The notes beneath the pieces were generated by a model that made no database searches, was not told where the DNA came from, and saw nothing but the letters and a program-made list of their open reading frames with translations. A stretch of DNA of 36,355 nucleotides, from positions 1 to 36,355 of the IMG/VR virus record IMGVR_UViG_3300032373_000061, one strand, 5' to 3'. Source of the DNA: a virus. Its lineage: Duplodnaviria > Caudoviricetes. This document shows, in pieces, positions 7,131-14,292 of the stretch (the first letter of the stretch is position 1; each line of letters opens with the position of its first letter). The position numbers and the translations under genes were made by a program.

Positions 7131-7180
7131 AGATTAACCAAAGATTAGGACGGACAGATGCTTGATTCAGTTGGTGGCGC

Positions 7181-7813
7181 ATGATGGGAAGCGAACGTGT
7201 TGTGCAGATATCACGACAAGACACCAAACCGTTTTTGCTCGGCATACATTACGCTCGCAGAATGCCGAGCATTTCGTTAGCTTATGGCCTACTACGGGAT
7301 GACAAACTTGAAGGCGTCGCAACCTACGGGACACCACCTAGTGCTACGCTTCGCAGCGGGCTTTGTGGCCCTGATTATGTCGAAAATGTGCTGGAGTTAA
7401 ACCGGCTTTGCCTAAAGGCGAACGCTAAGAACGATGCGTCTAGGTTAATTTCAAACTCGCTTAGGCTTATACAGGGGAACCGCATTATCGTCAGTTTTGC
7501 TGACACTTCGCATGGACATTTGGGTATCGTGTATCAGGCCTCTAATTTCTTATACTGCGGGCTGTCCGCGAAGCGCACCGATTGGAAGGTTAGGGGCAAG
7601 GAACATCTTCACGGTCAGACAATCGCTGATGAGTTTCGCGGGGTTAAAAACAGGGCGAAAGCAATGCGGGAAAAATATGGTGCCGATTTCTATCTTGAGC
7701 CGCGCCCGCGCAAACATAGGTATGTAATGATATTGGGGGATCGGAAGTTCAAGCGCGCTGCGCTGGCTGCGCTGAGATACGGATTGGAACCCTACCCGAA
7801 ACAAGAAGCATAA
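7181..7813 (+). CDS. mom: Mom-family (GNAT-like) DNA adenine-modification protein
   Basis: Motifs 'HY', 'GVATYG', 'LELNRL', 'IVSFAD…H.GIVYQASNFLYCG', 'KHRY' characteristic of phage Mu Mom homologues. Confidence 0.8.
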   Translation: MMGSERVVQISRQDTKPFLLGIHYARRMPSISLAYGLLRDDKLEGVATYGTPPSATLRSGLCGPDYVENVLELNRLCLKANAKNDASRLISNSLRLIQGNRIIVSFADTSHGHLGIVYQASNFLYCGLSAKRTDWKVRGKEHLHGQTIADEFRGVKNRAKAMREKYGADFYLEPRPRKHRYVMILGDRKFKRAALAALRYGLEPYPKQEA

Positions 7814-7828
7814 AAGGACGGATTGAAA

Positions 7829-7987
7829 ATGAACTACGGTCTTGAAAATAGCGCCAACTGGGGTTGGGATTGGTTCGGGTCTATGGCGGAAGCCGTTGCT
7901 GCTATGAAGGCGCGGCCTGTCCTTTACGGCACCAATGATGCGCCCATCGCAATGACAGGTGCGGAAATTGCCGCACAGAACCTATAG
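7829..7987 (+). CDS. 52-aa hypothetical protein
   Basis: Manually translated MNYGLENSANWGWDWFGSMAEAVAAMKARPVLYGTNDAPIAMTGAEIAAQNL*; SD AAGGA; fills the gap between neighbours. Confidence 0.55.
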   Translation: MNYGLENSANWGWDWFGSMAEAVAAMKARPVLYGTNDAPIAMTGAEIAAQNL

Positions 7988-7996
7988 GATAACATC

Positions 7997-8245
7997 ATGC
8001 AGACATATGCAAAGACCCGCCGCGACGCAGAATATCTTGAGGGGTTGATAGAGGTACACGACCTTGTGGAAGTTGACGCAGCGGTGCGTGATCTAATGGA
8101 GGCACCAAACAAAGCGAAAGCCGCAGAACTGTATTCCTCCGTAATATCCCAATGGTTTTCCGAGCAAAAAGGCGGGACGTATATGGGATACCCAAAAGTG
8201 CGCAAAATATGTCGTGATTATGGTCACGAATTTTATCTAACTTAA
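7997..8245 (+). CDS. Hypothetical protein (82 aa)
   Basis: SD AGGA; last gene before the terminator. Confidence 0.7.
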   Translation: MQTYAKTRRDAEYLEGLIEVHDLVEVDAAVRDLMEAPNKAKAAELYSSVISQWFSEQKGGTYMGYPKVRKICRDYGHEFYLT

Positions 8246-8261
8246 GGACCGCCTTGAACGC

Positions 8262-8298
8262 AAAAAGCCCCCGCTCCAATCAAGGAACGGGGGCTTTG
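8262..8298. terminator. Intrinsic terminator between convergent operons, probably bidirectional
   Basis: AAAAAGCCCCCG…CGGGGGCTTT hairpin. Confidence 0.8.
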
Positions 8299-8310
8299 CT
8301 GTGCGGGTTG

Positions 8311-8538
8311 TCACGCCTCTGGCTGTTTGCATTCGCGCTCATGCGTTAGGTTCGTCTTGTAGTCTTTCCGCAGATTCCACGGGGCATTTGCCGCCCGCCA
8401 ATCAAGTTCCGCCTGAGTGAACTTGCGTTTTTCTTCAACATCGCAGAACAGCGCGTCATCAGATGCGACGACTTTAGGGGAGCAACCAGTGGTCAGGGAC
8501 ATTGCGCAGATCATCATCAGGGATGTTATCAACTTCAT
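8311..8538 (-). CDS. o-spanin (Rz1-like lipoprotein)
   Basis: Signal peptide with lipobox-like 'SLTTGC'; overlaps the end of the i-spanin; last lysis gene. Confidence 0.7.
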   Translation of the reverse strand: MKLITSLMMICAMSLTTGCSPKVVASDDALFCDVEEKRKFTQAELDWRAANAPWNLRKDYKTNLTHERECKQPEA

Positions 8539-8731
8539 TGTCGGATTCCTTATCTTCGATCAGATTGAGCGCCCGCGCCTCGCAGGCACCCAGAGACAGC
8601 GCCAAAGCTACCTTATCGGCCTGTGACGCCCGCAAGCGTTGGGTCTGCACCCACAGCGCCCCAGAGAGGCCCAGAGAGGCCACAAGGGCCGCTCCTGCGA
8701 TGTAGGGCATGAATGGGCGGAGAAAGATCAT
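8474..8731 (-). CDS. i-spanin (Rz-like)
   Basis: Start reassigned to ATG 8731; N-terminal TM followed by a helical periplasmic part; follows the endolysin. Confidence 0.7.
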   Translation of the reverse strand: MIFLRPFMPYIAGAALVASLGLSGALWVQTQRLRASQADKVALALSLGACEARALNLIEDKESDNEVDNIPDDDLRNVPDHWLLP

Positions 8732-9372
8732 TCCGCCAGCCGCGCCAGTCGCTTGCGAAACAGCCACACCAGCGCAATCCCAGATAGGCCCAGCCCGCCC
8801 ATAGCGACATACTGCGCAACAGGATCAAGATTGCCGAGGCCACTAAGGACGCCCGCGCCTGCCGCGCCAATGCCACCGAGGCCTGCAAGCAAGCCCTTAG
8901 ACTGCCCATCCTTGGCAACGGTATCCGGTTCGCGTGGAATCTCGACTGCGAAGCTGGGTGTTTGTACCCGCTTAGGGAACGCTTTACCCCATCTCGCCCG
9001 GTTAGGGCGCGCATCCACATGCACAAAGTTTTGCTTGGGATAAGTGCCGATAGCGTTGAAGCCCACCGACAAAGCCGCCGTGATGTAGGTGTCTGGGTCG
9101 TGGTTATCCATGCGCACGTCAAAGGCGATGGCCTCAAGGTGCTTGCTGCGCGTTGCCCCGCCAACCCGCTTATTGTGCTGGGGGCTGCGGTATGCGCTGT
9201 TGACGATCATTGGCTTGCCCAGCTTTTCGCGCAGGGCTTGTAGCTTATCCATCGCGCTAGGTACGATCATCAGCCGCCCGGTGCCGCGACACGCCATTTC
9301 TTCAGGGCTGAAATTTGGCCAGCGCCATTCCGACATGGGGTAATCGCGCCAGTGGTTGTATACTTTGGTCAT
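8728..9372 (-). CDS. Endolysin, peptidase M15 family, with C-terminal hydrophobic segments
   Basis: 'SAYRSPQHN..VGGA..SKH…AFDV…FVHVD' zinc-peptidase motifs; two Gly-rich hydrophobic stretches at the C-terminus. Confidence 0.9.
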   Translation of the reverse strand: MTKVYNHWRDYPMSEWRWPNFSPEEMACRGTGRLMIVPSAMDKLQALREKLGKPMIVNSAYRSPQHNKRVGGATRSKHLEAIAFDVRMDNHDPDTYITAALSVGFNAIGTYPKQNFVHVDARPNRARWGKAFPKRVQTPSFAVEIPREPDTVAKDGQSKGLLAGLGGIGAAGAGVLSGLGNLDPVAQYVAMGGLGLSGIALVWLFRKRLARLAE

Positions 9373-9384
9373 GTCTGTCTCCGG

Positions 9385-9789
9385 TTACAGGTTCAGGATT
9401 GCGCCGATTGATTGCTGCAACCCGTTTTCGTCGGTGAACGTCCATACCGCCTCGGCCCGGTCCCCCGGTTGGAGTGCGGGGCAATCCGCGCCAGTCCAGT
9501 CGCTTGCCGTGTAAGTGTCGGTTGTGCCGTTGTAGACACCATCGCCAGAACCCGCGCAAAGCTGGTATGTGATGCCGTCCAACACACGGACCACCTCGGC
9601 AGTCCAACGCCCCGGCATAGTTGGGCCAGTTGTGGGGGACAATCGCTGCGTAAAGTTCCCGCCCGAATAACTTAGCTCCTCAATGATGAGCGCCCTCGCG
9701 GGGGGATTAACCTTGTTCGCCGTGAAGTCTGCACCGAAAGCCACGGCAAGGCCGATCCCAGCCGCGCCGAAACTTGAAGTGATGTTCAT
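9385..9789 (-). CDS. Hypothetical exported/membrane-anchored protein in the lysis region
   Basis: N-terminal hydrophobic segment, one Cys pair; ATGA-coupled. Confidence 0.65.
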   Translation of the reverse strand: MNITSSFGAAGIGLAVAFGADFTANKVNPPARALIIEELSYSGGNFTQRLSPTTGPTMPGRWTAEVVRVLDGITYQLCAGSGDGVYNGTTDTYTASDWTGADCPALQPGDRAEAVWTFTDENGLQQSIGAILNL

Positions 9790-9974
9790 TGGAAAAACCC
9801 CATTGATTTAGCCCACAGGCCAGCAGCGCCCGTTAGAACGGCCAAGATTGCGTTTTCTAGGCGACCAGTGCGGCGTTTTAGATTGTCTAAATCCGTCCGC
9901 ATCTCGCCATGCTCTTTCCCCTCTTTTCGAGCGGCCTCAACTTCTTTGTCAGTCACAAATGACGCCCCACGCAA
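9786..9974 (-). CDS. Small coiled-coil plus C-terminal TM protein (holin/XhlA-like candidate)
   Basis: 'LDNLKRRTGRLENAILAVLTGAAGLWAK'; start uncertain (GTG near 9956 plausible). Confidence 0.5.
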   Translation of the reverse strand: MRGASFVTDKEVEAARKEGKEHGEMRTDLDNLKRRTGRLENAILAVLTGAAGLWAKSMGFFQ

Positions 9975-10075
9975 GAAAACTTATCGCCTGCGAATGCGAT
10001 GTGGTGAAACTTTTAGCACATTCCGTTTGAAATGTCTTGACCCAAACGCTTATCGCATTGGCATGTCATTTTGTC

Positions 10076-10546
10076 TTATTTTCGTTTCGACGCCTGAGTA
10101 TCACGATAAACACTATCGCCCAGAATCCGGCCTCTACAATAGAGCCAAACACCACGTATTCCATGAGCAACGCGAAAGGTGGCGGAACGTCCGAGAATAA
10201 GAATAGCGGCACAGCCGAGGCAATCACTAGCAACCAAAAACGCCTGCCCGACTTCATAATCAGCACCCGTTACCCTCACGGGAATGACCGCCAAGCCCGC
10301 TAATACTAACAGTATACCCGCAAAAGTAGCGTCCTTACCACCATTAAAGCCAATGGTTGCGCCAATCCCGACCCATAGCGATGCTGCGGCGAAGGTGCGC
10401 CACGGGTCACCCATAAGCCCGCCCAATGATGACGCGCAATATATGCCAACTGCTATGATCAACAGACCCGCACGCTGCGCCCGCTTTTTTGAGGGAGTGA
10501 CCGCCGCCAAAATCAAGGCAGCGGCCAAGAAGATTGGCCAGATCAT
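10076..10546 (-). CDS. Multi-pass membrane protein
   Basis: About five hydrophobic segments; ATGA-coupled. Confidence 0.65.
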   Translation of the reverse strand: MIWPIFLAAALILAAVTPSKKRAQRAGLLIIAVGIYCASSLGGLMGDPWRTFAAASLWVGIGATIGFNGGKDATFAGILLVLAGLAVIPVRVTGADYEVGQAFLVASDCLGCAAILILGRSATFRVAHGIRGVWLYCRGRILGDSVYRDTQASKRK

Positions 10547-11082
10547 TTGTCGCCAAATTTAGGTGTTACGTCTGGCATTTGTGACGCTGCCGCTGTGGCA
10601 TCGCCGTGTGCCTGCCAAAGATGGCCCAGAGCGTGAGCGGTCAGCCCCGCCGATGCGTGTGCGCTGGTATCAGAGACAGAACAGGCGCAAGCGATGTGCT
10701 GCAACTTTGTCATGCCCTTAATAGCGGCAGCAATGTGCGCTTGTGTTTTATCTGCAAGTTCTTGGATTTCTTGGGGTGTCATTGCCGTGTCCTTATGTGG
10801 TTTGGGATAATGCCAGCTTATCACGCCAAAGACGCGAACTGTCAGGAAAAACCCGATTGAAACTGCGTGGCAAGAAATGCGGCGAATACCGCGCTGCTTC
10901 TGGCTGTCCCGCCGCATTGCCAGATAGAATTTAACGTCACAAACCAAACGGCTAGGCCGCTTCCGCTCGTATCCGTCATCGTGTTTTCCCCAAGCGGCCT
11001 CATCGAAGTAACGCGACGAAACCCGTGTGAGTGCATCGCGCCAAAGATCAGGGAACCAATATGGGCCGAGACCGTTTGGCAT
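10543..11082 (-). CDS. Hypothetical protein with an N-terminal His-Asp (PLA2/DUF1353-like) motif and an in-frame internal start at 10782
   Basis: 'NGLGP…F..AA..KHDDGY…R..CD.KF..AM'; SD AAGGA before Met101. Confidence 0.55.
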   Translation of the reverse strand: MPNGLGPYWFPDLWRDALTRVSSRYFDEAAWGKHDDGYERKRPSRLVCDVKFYLAMRRDSQKQRGIRRISCHAVSIGFFLTVRVFGVISWHYPKPHKDTAMTPQEIQELADKTQAHIAAAIKGMTKLQHIACACSVSDTSAHASAGLTAHALGHLWQAHGDATAAASQMPDVTPKFGDK

Positions 11083-11364
11083 TCAGTAGGTGCCTTCCCA
11101 AACGCGCAGTTTGGAAACTTCGCCGCTCATCAGTTTCTTTTTGATGACCTCATCTGCTGCTGGATCATCCCAGCGGACACCAGCCTCTTTCAGCCATTCA
11201 CCGACCAATGACGCCGGGGCACTGCCAATAATTTTGCTTTCGCCGAAGTTTTCACCCCGATCTCGCAGTTGCTGGTTAAACTCAAGCGTGCCTGTCGCAT
11301 CGAAGGTGCGGCGAACAATCACCTTACCCTCGTGGTCTAGCAGGCGTTCCCCCAGCTTGCTCAT
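11083..11364 (-). CDS. Conserved podovirus head-region protein
   Basis: Downstream of capsid genes; ends 'KLRVWEGTY'. Confidence 0.7.
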   Translation of the reverse strand: MSKLGERLLDHEGKVIVRRTFDATGTLEFNQQLRDRGENFGESKIIGSAPASLVGEWLKEAGVRWDDPAADEVIKKKLMSGEVSKLRVWEGTY

Positions 11365-11558
11365 TTCAGGTCTTTCACAATGATGATACGCGCCTTGCGG
11401 CCCGCTTCCTCATCAAGCGCCACGATAGCCTCGGCCTCTTGCCGTGGCACCATAACCTGCTCGTGCAGGCCAAGGTGGCCCACGCTCAATTTGATGTTGT
11501 GGTAAACGACCACGATTTGAACGGCATCGGGTTTTTTGAAGTTGGTTTTCTGGTTCAT
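11361..11558 (-). CDS. Hypothetical protein (65 aa)
   Basis: SD GAGGA; coupled to the next gene. Confidence 0.7.
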   Translation of the reverse strand: MNQKTNFKKPDAVQIVVVYHNIKLSVGHLGLHEQVMVPRQEAEAIVALDEEAGRKARIIIVKDLK

Positions 11559-11574
11559 GCTCTATCCTCAAACG

Positions 11575-11601
11575 AAAAAGGCCACCCCCGAAGGGATGGC
11601 C
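11575..11601 (-). terminator. Intrinsic terminator with UUCG loop
   Basis: GGCCATCCC-TTCG-GGGGTGGCC-TTTTT on the minus strand. Confidence 0.9.
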
Positions 11602-11623
11602 CGTTGTCATGGAATTGGGTGCC

Positions 11624-12055
11624 TTAGCTGACAGCCGCTGAGAACGGCGTAATTTCTGTGCCAGACGCCTCGGACACAACAAACACGTGCCATGTGTCTG
11701 CGGCAACGTCGATCAACTCAACCCGCGCACCTTTAAGGCCACCAGATGTTGTGCCGTTCAAGGTGATTGTATCGGTTGTGTCTGCCGTGGCAAAAACAAC
11801 GCCCGTCATGTCGGTCATTGCAACACCTTGCATCACGTTGGATGCGTCGGGGGCTTGGATAACCAAATCGCCTGTCTGATCCGCAATGGTTGTGACCAGA
11901 TAGCGATAGCCGGAGCCAGTTGCGTCAGGCAGGGTGATTGTGCAGCCAGCAGCGCGGTTGACAACAACAAGACCACCAGCCTCGAAGTCGGTCAAAGTTG
12001 CTGTGGCAGCGGTGATGGTGCGAACAACGCCGTTCGCCATATATTGAGATGGCAT
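11624..12055 (-). CDS. Putative capsid decoration/structural protein
   Basis: Thr/Ala/Gly-rich, beta-strand-like; strong SD AAGGAG; lies between the MCP and a terminator. Confidence 0.6.
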   Translation of the reverse strand: MPSQYMANGVVRTITAATATLTDFEAGGLVVVNRAAGCTITLPDATGSGYRYLVTTIADQTGDLVIQAPDASNVMQGVAMTDMTGVVFATADTTDTITLNGTTSGGLKGARVELIDVAADTWHVFVVSEASGTEITPFSAAVS

Positions 12056-12081
12056 GATGCATCTCCTTTCATTTCAAAGAA

Positions 12082-12110
12082 GGGGAAAGGGGGCCGCTAC
12101 AGCCCCCTCA
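12082..12110 (-). terminator. Hairpin after the major capsid gene (weak terminator)
   Basis: GGGGCT-GTAGC-GGCCCC followed by TTTCCCCTTCTTT. Confidence 0.55.
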
Positions 12111-12113
12111 AGG

Positions 12114-13055
12114 TTAAGATGTGGTGTTGTCCGCAATGATGCCGGAAGCCTTTTCGTTGCGGCATTCCAGTGTAAATTCGTGGACAATCTGGCGTTTCTC
12201 GCTGTCGCCAGTTTTCGCCAACTCGCTGTTTTTCGCAGGGCGAAGTTCAGCAATGGCCCACATATCTTTCTGGAAGATAAAGGCATCGCGGGAACGACAT
12301 TCACGCGACATTTGCCACTTAACGTCACCCCAGGGCGTGGAATAGAACACGATGTTGTTTGACACCTTGCCCTCGCCCGCGCTGTTGCGCTGGTTGTTGT
12401 TGCCAGTGAAACCAAGGGCCGCGTTCATCTGGAATGCAGACAGGAAAGCACAATCGGGCTTTCCGCCAGCTTCCCAAATAGCCTGCATGATGGTGTTAAA
12501 TCGCGTCTGAGTGAACGCCTCTGGGGTGCCATCGGTACGCGCATCTGATCCATCGCCAGTTGGGTCAGAACCACCGGAGCCGACTTCTGTGTTGGTGGTG
12601 ATCCATGTCGGAACGCCCGCCAACTCGCCAGCGGTTGAACTGTCACGCGCAACTTTTGCGTTGTTGTCCAGCAGCGCCTTTTCTTCATCCAGCGCCAATT
12701 CTTTCATTTTCTTGGCAATCTGGTAGCGCATTTCCTTCGCACGGCCAGCCTTGTTCAGACCAGCATCTGTGCCGGGAACGGATGCCGCTTCCTTGAAGAT
12801 CTGGCACTGGTTGTTCAGGCGGGTTGTTGGCGTTGCTGCGGTTGCAGTAGTGTCGTCGCCCTCAACGTGCTTGTTTGCGCCGGAACTGCGGAGCGCGTCC
12901 GTTTGCCATTCGTGCAAGGTGTTCTTTGCAGAGACCTTGCGCACCATAGCGCGGAACGGGGTTTCGTCTGGGGAAATGTCGTAAATGGTATCAGACAGAT
13001 CCTCACGAATGCCGATCATGGTATCGGACGTGTAGGTGTTGGTTGGAGTTGCCAT
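12114..13055 (-). CDS. Major capsid protein (DUF5309/SU10-like, HK97 fold)
   Basis: 'GIREDLSD.IYDISP.ETPF…HEWQTD.L…VEGDD…RL.N.CQIF…ELAKTGDSEK…E.TLE.RNE.A.G'. Confidence 0.92.
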   Translation of the reverse strand: MATPTNTYTSDTMIGIREDLSDTIYDISPDETPFRAMVRKVSAKNTLHEWQTDALRSSGANKHVEGDDTTATAATPTTRLNNQCQIFKEAASVPGTDAGLNKAGRAKEMRYQIAKKMKELALDEEKALLDNNAKVARDSSTAGELAGVPTWITTNTEVGSGGSDPTGDGSDARTDGTPEAFTQTRFNTIMQAIWEAGGKPDCAFLSAFQMNAALGFTGNNNQRNSAGEGKVSNNIVFYSTPWGDVKWQMSRECRSRDAFIFQKDMWAIAELRPAKNSELAKTGDSEKRQIVHEFTLECRNEKASGIIADNTTS

Positions 13056-13079
13056 CTTTTTGGCCTTTCGTGATAGGGG

Positions 13080-14048
13080 TTAAATAGCCAACGTGTCGGC
13101 CCACGCTTCGAGCGAGCCGTTCCGTTTGGCTTTTTCTTTCAGGGTTTTCTGGGCGGCCTTCGGGTTTGGGGCTTTCTTGGCACCCGGCTTCAAAACCGGA
13201 CGCGCCCCCTCCACCTTTTTCAGACCTTTGGAAGTCGAAGATTGCAGGGCGCGATAGCTTGCCGCATCCTTCAAAACCGCCAAGACACGGGCATCGGTTA
13301 CACCGCTCATTTCATCTGGCTCGTAGCCATAGTGAGATGCCGCACTAAGTAGATCCTTCATAACCTTGGGTGCCTTTTCGGCGTCCCCAAGTTCAGGGAT
13401 CAACTCCACCGCTTTTTGACGTTGCTCAGCGAGATAAGCTTTCTGCGCCTGCTCTTGCCGCGCAGTGTTTTGCGCCTCAAGTTGCTGGATAGAGTGCTGC
13501 TGCTGCTGCCACTGGCCCATTTCAGATTGATACCGGGCTTGTTCTTGCGTCCAACCGATAGGATCTTCATTGGCGTCAATTTGGGGTGGTTGCGGTTGCG
13601 GGATGATGTTGCCCGATTGCAGGGATTGGAATGCCTGCAAAACGGCCTGTCGCTCAGATTGTAGGGTTTGAACATGCTCTGCCAATGCTTTCGCTTTGGC
13701 CGCGTTTTCGCTCATCCCTTTCTGGACATACGCTTGCCCTGAATAGCCTTTCACAAGGTCGTCGTAGGTCACCCGCATTTCTTCCCCGTCCACCTTTACG
13801 GTGTGGAGTTGCGCAGGCTCTTCGTCGTCCTCTGCCTCAAGGTCATCTTCGTCGGCGTTATCGTCGTCCTCATCATCTGTTGAGGCTTCCGCCTCGTCAT
13901 CTGTGTCCGCCTCAAGTTCTTCGGGTTCGGGCTGCTCGGCAGGTGCCTCGTCCGCTTCTGTCTCGGTTTCGTTTTCAGATTGGGATTCGTCTGGCATTAG
14001 GAGGCTTTCCGCCGCCTGTTCAATGCTCATCGGTTCAGTCGCTTCCAC
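13080..14048 (-). CDS. Capsid scaffolding protein
   Basis: Very acidic N-terminus, 'TVKVDGEE..VT.DDL..GY', coiled coil, basic C-terminus; directly upstream of the MCP. Confidence 0.85.
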   Translation of the reverse strand: MEATEPMSIEQAAESLLMPDESQSENETETEADEAPAEQPEPEELEADTDDEAEASTDDEDDDNADEDDLEAEDDEEPAQLHTVKVDGEEMRVTYDDLVKGYSGQAYVQKGMSENAAKAKALAEHVQTLQSERQAVLQAFQSLQSGNIIPQPQPPQIDANEDPIGWTQEQARYQSEMGQWQQQQHSIQQLEAQNTARQEQAQKAYLAEQRQKAVELIPELGDAEKAPKVMKDLLSAASHYGYEPDEMSGVTDARVLAVLKDAASYRALQSSTSKGLKKVEGARPVLKPGAKKAPNPKAAQKTLKEKAKRNGSLEAWADTLAI

Positions 14049-14061
14049 GGTACTGACCTTT

Positions 14062-14283
14062 CTAGTTTTTGGCGAGTTTTGGCGCTTGGATTTGCGCTTT
14101 TAGTCTCCGCCTGATTTCTGCTAATCCGCGAACAGTTTCGCGGGCCTCGGCCAGTTGCTTTTCTGTTGAACTGGCATCAAGGAAGATCTTAGTCAGACCC
14201 GCCTCAATCTCTGAAATGAGGTGCTTGAACGCCTCATTGTCCCGCAAGTGTTCTGCACCACGGGCAATCTCGATTTTGTTCAT
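14062..14283 (-). CDS. Small conserved protein between portal and scaffold
   Basis: Position and helical sequence typical of this podovirus head module. Confidence 0.7.
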   Translation of the reverse strand: MNKIEIARGAEHLRDNEAFKHLISEIEAGLTKIFLDASSTEKQLAEARETVRGLAEIRRRLKAQIQAPKLAKN

Positions 14284-14292
14284 TGGGGTTCC

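Noticed and set aside
12074-12415. Frameshifted capsid extension via the overlapping 113-aa ORF
   Set aside because: No slippery heptamer at the MCP end, and the alternative frame would add only about 13 codons across a hairpin.
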